From a virus, in IMG/VR virus record IMGVR_UViG_3300025266_000004, positions 17,337 through 81,336 of that record: DNA of 64,000 nucleotides. One strand, given 5' to 3'. The notes beneath the pieces are model-generated. The model had not been told where the DNA came from and did not search any database. It saw nothing but the letters and a program-made list of their open reading frames with translations. This document shows, piece by piece, positions 35,934 through 46,546 of this stretch (its first letter is position 1; every line of letters begins with the position of its first letter). The position numbers were made by a program, and so were the translations under genes.

Positions 35934-37418
35934 ATGAACGGAAGCAACTCAACTAATGCTAGAGTCTTGTATCACGATAGACATGACTCTACAGGGTTTA
36001 CAAATGAGAATACATTAGCTAATGCCTTACTCTCAAAACCAGATCAATTAAATCCTGTAATCACTCACCTACAAGGTAGAGAAGATAATAGGTTTCCATT
36101 GTCTTTTATGACAGAAGGACAAAAAGGTGGAACACGAACTATTGAACTTAATGATGTACAATATGATTGGAATACTTTTAGAAGATTAAGAACTACTGAT
36201 ACAGTTGTTTCTAGTGCATATACTTCTTCTAGTAAAGCAGGTATTGGTCACGGTTACTTCTATGTTACTTTTAAAGAGAACTGGTTAAAGCAACAAAGAA
36301 CTGTTGAATCACCTAATGGTACTCGTGCTAGAATCATGGGTAAAGCAATGCAAGATGGTAGTAATTTTAAATATACTTTACAAATTATTACAACTGATAT
36401 TGGAGCATTTGTAGATCCTACTCAATTTGCTGCTGGAACTATATGGGGTTCTGTAGGTGGATCGTCTGTTTCTGAATCATACTCTAAGGGTAATGAAAGT
36501 AATGTTACAACTCCAGGTAAAATAAAGAATCAAATTAACTTCTTAAGAAAGAGTTATGAGATAGGTGGAAATTTAGCTAACAAGACTGTCGAAGTTCAGT
36601 TTAATGTTAATGGTAAAATGACTAACTACTGGATTGATTTCGAGAGATGGCAACATATGATTGATTGGAAAGCTTCTTGTGAAGAGGAGTACTGGTATTC
36701 TACTTATAATAGAAACTCTAGTGGTGTTGTTACAATGAATGACCCTGATACTGGATTACCTATTCCAATGGGAGCTGGTTTATTAGATCAAATTCCTAAT
36801 CATGATACGTATAGTGAATTGACTGCACAGAAGATTAAAAGAACTGTTGCTGATGTTATGTATGGTGCTACTGATACAGGTAACATGGACATTACTTTAT
36901 ATACTGGTGAAGGTGGAGCTGAAGAGTTTGACAACGCTATGAAAGATGAAGCTAGTGGATTCAATCTTGTAGCTAACGCTAATGTAGGTGATAAATTCGT
37001 TAAAGGTGGTACTGGAAGTAGAAACTTAATGTATGGTGCTTACTTTACTCAATATCAACACGTAGATGGACATACAGTTACTCTTAAAAAGGTTAACTTA
37101 TTCGATCATGGTGGTAGAGCTGCTGTATCTAACAGACATCCTGTTACAGGTAAACCTCTTGAATCATATAGAATGGTATTTGTGGATCAATCTGTTTACG
37201 ATGGTGAAAGAAATGTTCAAATGGTTACTCAAAAAGGAAGAGGAATGATTACTGGTATACTTAAGGGTATGGCGCCGACTCCTTATGACTTTAAAGGTAA
37301 CAACGATATGAACATCGCTACTGATCAAGATAAGTCTAGTGTACATTTCTTATCTGCTAAGGGTGTTGCTATTAGACGTAATACACATTGTTTCCAATTA
37401 ACGTGTGATATTTCATAA
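35934..37418 (+). CDS. major capsid protein
   Basis: 494 aa, crAss MCP-like (GAGLLDQI, TGEGG..F, Y.HVDGH motifs); followed by a terminator. Confidence 0.9.
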   Translation: MNGSNSTNARVLYHDRHDSTGFTNENTLANALLSKPDQLNPVITHLQGREDNRFPLSFMTEGQKGGTRTIELNDVQYDWNTFRRLRTTDTVVSSAYTSSSKAGIGHGYFYVTFKENWLKQQRTVESPNGTRARIMGKAMQDGSNFKYTLQIITTDIGAFVDPTQFAAGTIWGSVGGSSVSESYSKGNESNVTTPGKIKNQINFLRKSYEIGGNLANKTVEVQFNVNGKMTNYWIDFERWQHMIDWKASCEEEYWYSTYNRNSSGVVTMNDPDTGLPIPMGAGLLDQIPNHDTYSELTAQKIKRTVADVMYGATDTGNMDITLYTGEGGAEEFDNAMKDEASGFNLVANANVGDKFVKGGTGSRNLMYGAYFTQYQHVDGHTVTLKKVNLFDHGGRAAVSNRHPVTGKPLESYRMVFVDQSVYDGERNVQMVTQKGRGMITGILKGMAPTPYDFKGNNDMNIATDQDKSSVHFLSAKGVAIRRNTHCFQLTCDIS

Positions 37419-37442
37419 GAATAAATAATAATTATAATGTAT

Positions 37443-37469
37443 AAGGGTGTAGGAGACTACACCCTTTTT
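37443..37469 (+). terminator. intrinsic terminator after MCP
   Basis: AAGGGTGTAG-GAGA-CTACACCCTT followed by a T run. Confidence 0.85.
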
Positions 37470-37486
37470 AAACAAAAATTAAAACG

Positions 37487-38374
37487 ATGGAAGAAAAGAT
37501 AGTTTATATAAGAAGAAAAGAAGGAATTAAAAGCTCATTAGGAGAAGACACAACTGACCATATTTGGAAGATCGGTTCATCTTTTAAAGGTACTATGCCA
37601 TTAAAGGGTTTAACTATTGAAGAAGAGAATAAATATTTACCTGAGATACTAGGTATAAATGCAGGTTCAGCTGAATGGGGTAAACAAGTTAGAAATTACT
37701 GGAAAAACATTAGTGCTATTATACCAGCAGGAGAAGGTAAAAAACTTGATATAACAACAGAAAAAGGTGTTCCTGTAAATATAGTTGAATACATCTTATG
37801 GAAGTATTGTTTAGTATATAGTAAAGTAGCTAATTCAAAAGAAGATTTAGCAAAGAGTCCAAAGATTAGATTTTTTATCTATAGCAGTGAAGAAGAACAA
37901 GCTAAGAAATTAGTTAACTTTAAAGTAATGAAAAAAGCTAATAAGTTGTTCCTTGACCTTGAAAGTAAAAAGGATAATGCTTTTGCTGTATTACGTATTT
38001 TTACAAGTGAGCGTTACCTATTAGAAGAAGCTAATTTACCAATACATAATATTGATAAGGTTTCACAAGATGCAAAAGATATGTTATTATATGATATATC
38101 AATTAATAAAATCACTGTTAATAGATTCATCGAAATAGCAGAAGACAAACACTTGTTAACACAATCATTTATTGAAGAATGTATAGAGTATAGCACATTA
38201 CAAAGAGTAGCTAATACAACTACTATTATAATGGACAAAACAACTATTGGTAATACAATGGACGAAGCTATTGCTTTTATAACTGATAAATCTAATTCTA
38301 AAACTTTATTAGAGTTGAAAGCAAAAATGAATAACATGACTAATAAGAATTATAATGAGTCTAAAGATAAATAA
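37487..38374 (+). CDS. conserved crAss post-MCP protein
   Basis: 295 aa; synteny with crAss-like capsid modules. Confidence 0.6.
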   Translation: MEEKIVYIRRKEGIKSSLGEDTTDHIWKIGSSFKGTMPLKGLTIEEENKYLPEILGINAGSAEWGKQVRNYWKNISAIIPAGEGKKLDITTEKGVPVNIVEYILWKYCLVYSKVANSKEDLAKSPKIRFFIYSSEEEQAKKLVNFKVMKKANKLFLDLESKKDNAFAVLRIFTSERYLLEEANLPIHNIDKVSQDAKDMLLYDISINKITVNRFIEIAEDKHLLTQSFIEECIEYSTLQRVANTTTIIMDKTTIGNTMDEAIAFITDKSNSKTLLELKAKMNNMTNKNYNESKDK

Positions 38375-38378
38375 CTAA

Positions 38379-39437
38379 ATGTTAGTACAAGAAATGCACA
38401 TAGGTGTTGATGTAGGGGTACAGAAACTAAACACCGATACTTTGGATAATATATCACCTGAGCAAAAAGATTGGATTCTTAATGAGGCTCAGTTAAGGTT
38501 TGTAAAGAACCGTGTTAATCCTAAATCTAATCCCAAAAATGAAGGTTTTGAAATGACTTTTAAAAGGTATGAAGATTTAGAGGACATATACGAACACAAA
38601 CCTTTAGACGTGTATATTGAAGATAACGAAGTGCAATTCAGCGTACTACCATATAACTATTTTCTCCCTATTGAAGGAGAACCTAGTGTTATATATAATT
38701 GTAATAATGTAACAAAAAGTATAGTATCAGTCATAGAACTGAATTGTGTAGTACCTTTCTTAAACGATTCTTCTGCCACTCCCTTTAACGGGTTTAGAAT
38801 TACTCTACTACAAGGTGTTACACAAACTATACTTTTTGACATTAATGATTATAAGTTTACTAGTAATGTTGCTAATGGACAAATCAATTCTACTGAGGAA
38901 CGATTTTATATTGTTCATCATATTATTGAAGTTATTAATAGAACTAGAACAGATATTGAAGTATATTGGGAGACGTACAAAAATGTATATACTCCCAATT
39001 CTTTTATCTTTGTTAGTAAAGATGTTACTTTAACATCTATTCAAGTTGGTAGTACAGTGTACAATTTTACACAAGTTAGTTTAAATGTTTACCAAACAAC
39101 TGATAATAATATAGGTAAACAACCTGCTAGATTGGTTACAACAAAGACTAGGGAACTTTTAAAGCACCCTTTTTTAACAACTAAGTATGATAGTCCTATA
39201 TTTAACATTAGTAATAAAATGATTAAAACCTATCACAATCAAAGGTTTATATTACACACTTTTTACTTATCTTATATTAGGAAACCTAGACTAATAAGCT
39301 TATCTTTAGAACAATCATGTGAGCTTAATAGTAACTTTCATGAAGAGATTGTTGATATTGCTGTACAACTTATAAAATCAAGAATCGAAGCTAAGGATTA
39401 TGGTAGTATTATCAATGAGAATCTACTTAAAGAATAA
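38379..39437 (+). CDS. tail ring / head-tail protein
   Basis: PEQKDWILNEAQ, GFE...R.EDL, YIRKP and HEEIVDIAV motifs of crAss ring proteins. Confidence 0.7.
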   Translation: MLVQEMHIGVDVGVQKLNTDTLDNISPEQKDWILNEAQLRFVKNRVNPKSNPKNEGFEMTFKRYEDLEDIYEHKPLDVYIEDNEVQFSVLPYNYFLPIEGEPSVIYNCNNVTKSIVSVIELNCVVPFLNDSSATPFNGFRITLLQGVTQTILFDINDYKFTSNVANGQINSTEERFYIVHHIIEVINRTRTDIEVYWETYKNVYTPNSFIFVSKDVTLTSIQVGSTVYNFTQVSLNVYQTTDNNIGKQPARLVTTKTRELLKHPFLTTKYDSPIFNISNKMIKTYHNQRFILHTFYLSYIRKPRLISLSLEQSCELNSNFHEEIVDIAVQLIKSRIEAKDYGSIINENLLKE

Positions 39438-39458
39438 ACAAATATAAATAATAGAAAA

Positions 39459-40412
39459 ATGAAAAAAATAATAGTATTAAAAAACCTTGCGCTAAATGCA
39501 GGTGTCACAGATATTAATGATGTAAATTCAATAACTGAAGGTGCATTAGCTATTTTTACTGATAAAAATGTACTTTTAACAGTTGGTAATGTTGTAGCTA
39601 GTATGTCTGATGTAAAATCAATTAGGTATGTTACTAAGTACGATGGTACAATGCACTGGAGTAATGAGATTGTAAGAGAACACGCATCAGTTGATGCACA
39701 AGCTTCTAGAGTTGCTGTTAAACCTATTATCTATGTAGGTAATGATTTAGCTACTGGAGCATTGAATTTACCTGGTACTTTAATACCTGGAACAATTGCT
39801 TTTATACGTATTGTAAAAGAGATTCCAATTAGAGAGGTTGGACTAGAGAAACAAAGATTTGAATACGTAGTTAAAACAGGTGATACTGCGGCAACTGTAT
39901 TAACTGCTATTGTTGCACAGATTAACGGTCGTAGTGATAGATTTGTAGATGCTGCTGTAGTAACTGGTAATGTAGGTATTAAATTAACAGTTAGAGACGA
40001 TGATACTGCTGTTACTGTAGGATTAGATGGTATTTTTGGTAACTCTACTGTTATTAAAGATGGTACTAGTAACTCTATAGCATTAGATTACGGTGCAGGA
40101 ACTTTCAAACAGATTCAAGAGTTAGAAGAGTTTTATAGTCCTTCTAGTGGTAATACTAGTAAAATGTATTTAGCATCATACTACTTTAGTAGACAAAATG
40201 TAGCTATTACAGGATTGGCTTATGATACTTATACAATCAATTTCCAAAGAAGACACATGAGTGCTTCATCTACAGAGTTTGCAACTAACCAAGTATTGGT
40301 TGTAGCAATGCCTAAGGGAGCTACTTTACAAACAGGTTTCGAAACTATCCAAACTGCTATCTATGGATTAGCTGGTGGTAATGAAGAAACTGGTAATGAC
40401 ACAGCAGTCTAA
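39459..40412 (+). CDS. virion structural protein (auxiliary capsid-like)
   Basis: 317 aa, Ala/Gly/Thr-rich; GxGT..QI..LE motif; synteny. Confidence 0.55.
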   Translation: MKKIIVLKNLALNAGVTDINDVNSITEGALAIFTDKNVLLTVGNVVASMSDVKSIRYVTKYDGTMHWSNEIVREHASVDAQASRVAVKPIIYVGNDLATGALNLPGTLIPGTIAFIRIVKEIPIREVGLEKQRFEYVVKTGDTAATVLTAIVAQINGRSDRFVDAAVVTGNVGIKLTVRDDDTAVTVGLDGIFGNSTVIKDGTSNSIALDYGAGTFKQIQELEEFYSPSSGNTSKMYLASYYFSRQNVAITGLAYDTYTINFQRRHMSASSTEFATNQVLVVAMPKGATLQTGFETIQTAIYGLAGGNEETGNDTAV

Positions 40413-40427
40413 TAAATAATAAAATAG

Positions 40428-42026
40428 ATGAAACTAAGATTTCAAATACTTAGTCCTAATAACACTGGAACACCTGACTACAATATCTGTAGTCAGGCTT
40501 CTAGTAATGTAGCATTAACAAACACTTCTTTAAAGGTTGTTATAGATGGTACTACTATATTAGATACTACTAATTTAGCTACATACACTTTACCTAATGG
40601 TACTATAACTACTACTACTAATAGCATTGCTGTTTCAAGCATTCAAAGAGTAAATACAAACTTTATTGAAATGACTATAGCAATGACTACTATTCAAGAG
40701 ATTGATGCTATTATTAATGTAAGTAAAGTAGGTTACCTCCCATATAATAACATATTTAAGTTATTCGGATATGATTTAGGTAACAATCTTAATCAGAATA
40801 ATACAGGTGGTACTGCTATTACCTATAATCCTAATATGGATATTTACCTCGTCAACGAAACAAATAACGTTGTAGGTGGTAATCAAACAAAAGCGTTTTC
40901 TGTTTTTACACACTATAGAAAACCTTTTACTAATGATATTTATCTATATAATTTATCTAGTACACAAGGTGCTATAAAATATGTAGACGCGAATAGTGAT
41001 AATTTACTTACTGTTCCAAATGGTTTTATAACCGAAAAAGCAACTATAGATATACAACAAGTGGTTGAGATTAGTGGATATATTAATGGTGTTTATTCTA
41101 CAATCTCCAGTTGTAGTACATTATTATTAACGGCTAGCAGTGAAGACTACATACCAACATATGAAGTGAGTACTAATTGTGAAACTAATTGTGGTATTAA
41201 TGAATGTAGTACTACTATTGATTCTTTAAACAAAGCTAGTACTTTTATTGATTACAGTGGTGTTGTACAATTGTATATTAATGATGCTATTTCGTACCCT
41301 TATCCAACACAAACAATAGAATATAGTTTAATAGATTTTACAGGTAATGAAATAAATAGTCAAGCTTATAGTTTTACATTAACTTCACCAACATCTTATG
41401 TATATAACCATTCAACATACGATTGGTCTAATTTTCCAATACCTGAAGTAGGTGATTATGTATTACAGATAAAAATAGGTTCACCTAATATTTATACTTG
41501 TACTAAGACACTTAAAATAAAAAGTTGTAATTGGTTCGAAATACAACAAACTAGTTGTGACGAATATACTATTACTAATAATTCTTTTGATGATTTAAGT
41601 CTTGTTATTACTAAGTTAAATGATACTAAAGTTTTTGAAGCTTATAAGACTATTGTATTTGGTAATTTGAGTTCTGTTAAAGAAGTTTTAGCAACTGATG
41701 GTTTATATAAATTCAGTGTTACTAGAAACTCTAAAGAATACTCTTTTATAGTTGTTAATTACTGTGCTATAAAGAACTGTCTAATTAAATATATATCGAG
41801 TATCCTATGTCCAGAAGATTGTGGTTGTGAAGAGAATAAGGACACGACTAATTTTAATAGTACTGTAATGTTAGCTATAACATTCTTTAATATGTTGAAC
41901 TCAGAGTATAATTTTAATTATATTTATGAAAGTATTGAATCAGATAAATTAGATAGTTTATTTGAGATTTCTACAGTACTTAATAAACTTAATGAAAATT
42001 GTGCTGATAATGACTGTGATTGTTAA
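40428..42026 (+). CDS. tail hub/structural protein
   Basis: Beta-rich Ig-like repeats and a Cys-rich C-terminus. Confidence 0.55.
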   Translation: MKLRFQILSPNNTGTPDYNICSQASSNVALTNTSLKVVIDGTTILDTTNLATYTLPNGTITTTTNSIAVSSIQRVNTNFIEMTIAMTTIQEIDAIINVSKVGYLPYNNIFKLFGYDLGNNLNQNNTGGTAITYNPNMDIYLVNETNNVVGGNQTKAFSVFTHYRKPFTNDIYLYNLSSTQGAIKYVDANSDNLLTVPNGFITEKATIDIQQVVEISGYINGVYSTISSCSTLLLTASSEDYIPTYEVSTNCETNCGINECSTTIDSLNKASTFIDYSGVVQLYINDAISYPYPTQTIEYSLIDFTGNEINSQAYSFTLTSPTSYVYNHSTYDWSNFPIPEVGDYVLQIKIGSPNIYTCTKTLKIKSCNWFEIQQTSCDEYTITNNSFDDLSLVITKLNDTKVFEAYKTIVFGNLSSVKEVLATDGLYKFSVTRNSKEYSFIVVNYCAIKNCLIKYISSILCPEDCGCEENKDTTNFNSTVMLAITFFNMLNSEYNFNYIYESIESDKLDSLFEISTVLNKLNENCADNDCDC

Positions 42027-42538
42027 TGTTTTTACGTGTAAATAAAACTACGGTACTTGAAGAGAAACTAGATAAGGTATTTACTTACTTTAGAAAGAGA
42101 TTGGTGAACTTACACACTAAAGAAATTAATCAGGACAACCTATTTGGTACTAGTGATATACATAAAGAAGTACAGATTATTTATATTGCTATTCTTTTAG
42201 GTGCTATTGAATACGATAATACACTTAAGATTGAAGATTATGTAGTTGATACTACTAAGTTCAAGGGCGTACTAGCCTGTAATAGTGTTGACTTATTGGA
42301 GGTATATAGATTGTTTGGTTTATTGAATGACGACACTATAGGTATTAATACTGTTAGTATAGAGACTACTCATGTTGTCGAACCTAATGTATTTGAAGAT
42401 ACTACTATATATACAAAACACGATATAAAAGAACTATTAAATACTAATGATAGTTGTAAATACGTTACAACTGGTGAAGAGTTCCATTTAATAGTAGGAA
42501 GAGATATTAATAATAACGAAATACATTTAGAAATATAA
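42020..42538 (+). CDS. tail structural protein
   Basis: ORF in the tail operon. Confidence 0.5.
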   Translation: MLMFLRVNKTTVLEEKLDKVFTYFRKRLVNLHTKEINQDNLFGTSDIHKEVQIIYIAILLGAIEYDNTLKIEDYVVDTTKFKGVLACNSVDLLEVYRLFGLLNDDTIGINTVSIETTHVVEPNVFEDTTIYTKHDIKELLNTNDSCKYVTTGEEFHLIVGRDINNNEIHLEI

Positions 42539-42539
42539 A

Positions 42540-43244
42540 ATGGTAGAAGGTAAAAAATTGTTAGAACTAGATTTACAAACAAATCCTAATGATAATGATG
42601 GTATATATATATACGATAGTATCACTAAAACTAGTAAAAGAACTACTTTGTCTTATATACAAAGTTATATTAATATTCAAAGTGGTGTACCTCCTGTGAC
42701 ACCTACACAAGTTAGTCAGAGGTTTGAGTCTGCTAGTAATTATGATATTATTTACACAGGTGCTAATTTAAATACTGTTGAAACATTACCAACACCTATT
42801 ACAACTACTGCTATACCGTATAATTTCTTTAAAGATGTTGGATCTATTGTAGAGATAGATTTAGAATGGGATGTACTATTGACTGTTGTAAATTTTAATT
42901 TATTTGATAAAGTTAGTATAAAAGGGAATATAAATGGAACAGCTGTTGCTTTTAGTACTTACGGTAACGGACAAACAAAAGTATTAAATAGTGTAAAAAT
43001 AAAATTAATAAATATAGACGGTTCTATATTAAAAGGATTTATAGAGAATACTGATGTTACTACTTTCGCAGCCAGTGGAGGTGTACGTATGGAAAAGAAA
43101 AGAGTAACTTTTAGTCCTACTAGCGATTTAATACTTACAATAGATAGTTTTGAGACTGCAATAACTAATTTAACAACTGATACTGCTGTAGTGACTATCT
43201 TTAGCTCAACTATGAAAGCATTTAACCCACTTAAACTAACATAA
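42540..43244 (+). CDS. tail fibre-like structural protein
   Basis: N-terminal KKLLEL...IYIYD..SKRTTL fibre-shaft motif; beta-rich. Confidence 0.5.
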   Translation: MVEGKKLLELDLQTNPNDNDGIYIYDSITKTSKRTTLSYIQSYINIQSGVPPVTPTQVSQRFESASNYDIIYTGANLNTVETLPTPITTTAIPYNFFKDVGSIVEIDLEWDVLLTVVNFNLFDKVSIKGNINGTAVAFSTYGNGQTKVLNSVKIKLINIDGSILKGFIENTDVTTFAASGGVRMEKKRVTFSPTSDLILTIDSFETAITNLTTDTAVVTIFSSTMKAFNPLKLT

Positions 43245-43246
43245 CA

Positions 43247-43804
43247 ATGTCAGAACCATATAGACAAGCAAAGGAAGAAGAATTAGTAAGTACACAAGAT
43301 AGAATTAACTGGAATACAAATAGTACTAAAATGGGGTGGGTTGATTATAATGACTTAAACACAAGTACGAACCCTATTTCAGTTATAGGTGGTTTAGATT
43401 TTGTTGATATAACTAATGACGGAGAAGGAGCTTTTACAAATGTTAACTACCTTCCTTCTAATATTACTAGTATATATAACGAAAATACAAATGAATTTAA
43501 TTGGACACAGTTAAAATTAGGTGATACTATTGACATACGCTTAGATTTAGAAATTACAACTATCAGTACAAATACAGAAATAGATATTTATTTGTTGATG
43601 TCAATAGGTCAAAATCCATATCCTACACCATTTGTAACAGAAAAAAACTATAAAACAGTTGGTACTTATAATATAAATGTACTAAATGGTATATATATGG
43701 GCGATTTAAATACTTTTAATGGTCCTGCTAAATTTCAAATAAAGTCTGATAAAACCTGTACAATTAAAGTCAGAGGATGGTACTGTAAAATAATTAGATA
43801 TTAA
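43247..43804 (+). CDS. tail-associated beta-sandwich protein
   Basis: GWVDYND...LKLGDTIDIRLDL motif; tail operon context. Confidence 0.5.
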   Translation: MSEPYRQAKEEELVSTQDRINWNTNSTKMGWVDYNDLNTSTNPISVIGGLDFVDITNDGEGAFTNVNYLPSNITSIYNENTNEFNWTQLKLGDTIDIRLDLEITTISTNTEIDIYLLMSIGQNPYPTPFVTEKNYKTVGTYNINVLNGIYMGDLNTFNGPAKFQIKSDKTCTIKVRGWYCKIIRY

Positions 43805-43818
43805 ATAATATTACGACA

Positions 43819-44700
43819 ATGACAGTAAAAGAATATAGAGAGTTCTTTCTAAGAAACTCACAAGTAAACTCAGGAAGTAAAGTAGACAAAGAATTAGGTT
43901 TTGATACAACTTATATAATTGAAAATAAGACTGTGTTTAATAGGTTCTTAAAGGGGAATTATCCTAATGCAGAAGTGTATAAGAAACTGTTCGAATCTGT
44001 TACTTTTAAACTTAATGTAGAAGATACTGCACAAGAAGGTGTACAAGGACTTGTTAAATTGTCTACTCAGGCACAGTTTGATGCAGGTAACGACTCCGAT
44101 GCAGACAGTTTTTCATTACAGGCTAAGACAACACAGGTAAAAGCTCACGTAGCAGCGAGTATAACAACTGCTGTAGGTAACAGACAGTACACACATCAAA
44201 ATAATATATCAAATGGCGAGACTGTAACTGCCTCTTTAAATGGTTTAGATCAAGCGGTACAAACTACTGAAACAAGTATAAATACGATTAATACTACTCT
44301 TACTACTTTATTACCTGTAGGTTCTATTATAATGTGGGCTGGTACTACTGCTCCAACAGGTTGGAATTTGTGTGATGGGACTAATAGTACACCTAATTTA
44401 AAAGGTAGATTTATAGTTGGTTACGATACATCGAATGGAGATTACAATGCAATAGGTAATATAGGTGGTGCAATGGATGTTACATTAACTGAAGCTCAGT
44501 TACCCGCACATTCACACGCACTTAAACAAACTCCAGGTAGTTTAGGTACAGGTACTAATGTCGATGTTTTAACTGCTGCTGCAACTACCAGTCAATTAAC
44601 TTTTAAATCAAATACAACTACAGGTAGTACAGCTGGTAGTGGAAACTCTCATGAGAATAGACCACCTTACTATACATTAGCTTATATACAAAAAGCGTAA
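43819..44700 (+). CDS. tail fibre protein with collar domain
   Basis: PVGSIIMW...PTGWNLCDG...PNLKGRF...HENRPPYYTLAYI collar signature. Confidence 0.85.
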   Translation: MTVKEYREFFLRNSQVNSGSKVDKELGFDTTYIIENKTVFNRFLKGNYPNAEVYKKLFESVTFKLNVEDTAQEGVQGLVKLSTQAQFDAGNDSDADSFSLQAKTTQVKAHVAASITTAVGNRQYTHQNNISNGETVTASLNGLDQAVQTTETSINTINTTLTTLLPVGSIIMWAGTTAPTGWNLCDGTNSTPNLKGRFIVGYDTSNGDYNAIGNIGGAMDVTLTEAQLPAHSHALKQTPGSLGTGTNVDVLTAAATTSQLTFKSNTTTGSTAGSGNSHENRPPYYTLAYIQKA

Positions 44701-44702
44701 TT

Positions 44703-44999
44703 ATGAAAGAGATAATTTTAAATAATATTAATCCAATTGATTTTACGGCATACTATATATTAGCTGTAATAGGTCTATCATTTAGTTTGTTTTTAGAAGC
44801 TTATGATACTAAAACAAAAGTAAATATTAAAGATTGGTTTAAAGAGAACAAAAAAAGAATAATAATAAACTTAGTTACAATTGTATTTGGAGTATTATTT
44901 ACAGAGAATATTAGTGGTGTAGAGTTAAACAGTTACACTTCTTTTTTAGCTGGTTTTACTACTGATAAGATAATTAAGGTACTGAATAATAAAAAATAA
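44703..44999 (+). CDS. holin-like membrane protein
   Basis: Up to three TM segments, FLAGF motif, basic C-terminus. Confidence 0.55.
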   Translation: MKEIILNNINPIDFTAYYILAVIGLSFSLFLEAYDTKTKVNIKDWFKENKKRIIINLVTIVFGVLFTENISGVELNSYTSFLAGFTTDKIIKVLNNKK

Positions 45000-45000
45000 G

Positions 45001-45240
45001 ATGGGAAAAATGATTGGAACATATGTTGACTACTTAAAAGAACATTATATCGGAGGTACATTTGGATCTATTAGTGCGGTAGGAATAAGTTATTTAGACT
45101 TGAATGTTAAAGAGGTTTATGAGATGCTATTAGAAGTATTAAGATTTATAATACTTCTATTTGGTGCGGTTACTGCTATATTAGCATTTTATGGTAGATA
45201 TATTAAAAAAGTAAAAACAAAAAAAAATAAAAAGAAATGA
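45001..45240 (+). CDS. holin-like membrane protein
   Basis: Two TM segments, poly-Lys tail, closely spaced dual Met start (MGKM). Confidence 0.55.
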   Translation: MGKMIGTYVDYLKEHYIGGTFGSISAVGISYLDLNVKEVYEMLLEVLRFIILLFGAVTAILAFYGRYIKKVKTKKNKKK

Positions 45241-45464
45241 GTAGAGAAACAGAAGCTAGATTAGATGTTCTTATTGCACAAGTTGATAAGTTACTTAATC
45301 CTGACCTTAATAAGTCGTTAGCACATAGTACTTTGTCAGGTGGGGAGAAGCAAATAATAATAGACTATACAAATCTAAAAGGTGCTGATATTAAAAGACG
45401 TACTTTGCTGTATGATACAGCTGAAAATTTAGTGAGTGATACATACATATTAGCACCTTATTAA
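45237..45464 (+). CDS. hypothetical protein
   Basis: 75-aa ORF with ATGA overlap. Confidence 0.55.
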   Translation: MSRETEARLDVLIAQVDKLLNPDLNKSLAHSTLSGGEKQIIIDYTNLKGADIKRRTLLYDTAENLVSDTYILAPY

Positions 45465-45470
45465 AATACT

Positions 45471-46271
45471 ATGGAATATACTAACTTAACTACAGGTGAT
45501 ATAGAATCTGTATATACTAGAAACTACCCCGACCCACTTAACAATAAAGGAGAATTAATATATCCTTTATTTGCACAAGGTGGTAGTTACGATGAAGACG
45601 GTTTAAGACTGTATTTAAATAGTGGAATTTCTGATTCGTACAGTGGAACAGGTGTTGATTGGTTTGATTTAACATCAAATAGTTTTGATGCTTTATTATA
45701 TAATGATCCAGTGTACTCGACAAATAACGGTGGACTACTTGCTTTAAATGGAGTAGATAATTACGCAGATGTTGACCCTACTTTTGAGGTAGATTTGAGT
45801 AAAGAGTTTACTGTTCGTATGATAGTTAATCCTAGTTCTTTGGCTACAAGTAGACACGCATTAGCTACCTTTAAGACATCTGCTGGAACATCTTTTACAA
45901 TATTTATATTTGCTTCTAATAATCAAGTTTTGGTAACTAGTATGGGTAACAATATTGTTAATAGTAGAACTGTTACCCCTCTTATAGCTGACACTTTTAA
46001 TGAAGTTCTTATAAAGTACAATAATGGAGGTATTACTTTATTAGGTTCTTTTGAGATATACATAAATCAAGTTGAAGACAGTAGAGCGTCTGGTGCTAAT
46101 CTTGGGAATGGTACTAATATTACAACTATTGGTGCTGTACCTATAGGTACTGGTAGGTTTTTCCTTTGGAGAGGTTATATACCTAAAGTCGAAGTGTTTG
46201 ATAAATTAACAACTACAGCAGAAGATTTAAGTAGATATAATGCTGATAAACTAATATACAATTTACCATAA
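45471..46271 (+). CDS. LamG/concanavalin-A-like virion protein
   Basis: GLRLYLN...SYSGTG..WFDLT and NGVDNY motifs; C-terminal GYI.KV.VFDK.LT LamG signature. Confidence 0.75.
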   Translation: MEYTNLTTGDIESVYTRNYPDPLNNKGELIYPLFAQGGSYDEDGLRLYLNSGISDSYSGTGVDWFDLTSNSFDALLYNDPVYSTNNGGLLALNGVDNYADVDPTFEVDLSKEFTVRMIVNPSSLATSRHALATFKTSAGTSFTIFIFASNNQVLVTSMGNNIVNSRTVTPLIADTFNEVLIKYNNGGITLLGSFEIYINQVEDSRASGANLGNGTNITTIGAVPIGTGRFFLWRGYIPKVEVFDKLTTTAEDLSRYNADKLIYNLP

Positions 46272-46525
46272 TGACAAAATACGGAATAATAAAGATAAAC
46301 CAACTACCAAAGATATACTTCTCAGAACTACATCAAACTAGTTTTGAGAGTTCTACTAAATCTAAGAATAAAAAGAAGCTAATTATATCTTTTGATATTG
46401 AACCTAGTTTCTTTAATGATATAGTATTTGAGGACATTTTCGGACGTACTTTATTTAGTGGCGAAGAGGTATCTCAGTTCCCTAAGTTGTTACCGTCTTC
46501 AATGATAAATGAGTGGTTGGTGTAA
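46271..46525 (+). CDS. small protein accompanying the LamG protein
   Basis: TAATG-coupled; FSELHQTS...S motif seen after LamG genes in aquatic phages. Confidence 0.5.
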   Translation: MTKYGIIKINQLPKIYFSELHQTSFESSTKSKNKKKLIISFDIEPSFFNDIVFEDIFGRTLFSGEEVSQFPKLLPSSMINEWLV

Positions 46526-46546
46526 TTAAAATTAAATATAAGAAAG

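Noticed and set aside
5065-37418. Inteins, introns or homing endonucleases in polA, TerL or MCP
   Set aside because: Protein lengths are ordinary and contiguous; no intein termini or HNH/LAGLIDADG/GIY-YIG motifs noticed
43819-46271. Diversity-generating retroelement targeting fibre genes
   Set aside because: No reverse transcriptase and no template/variable repeat pair seen in the window
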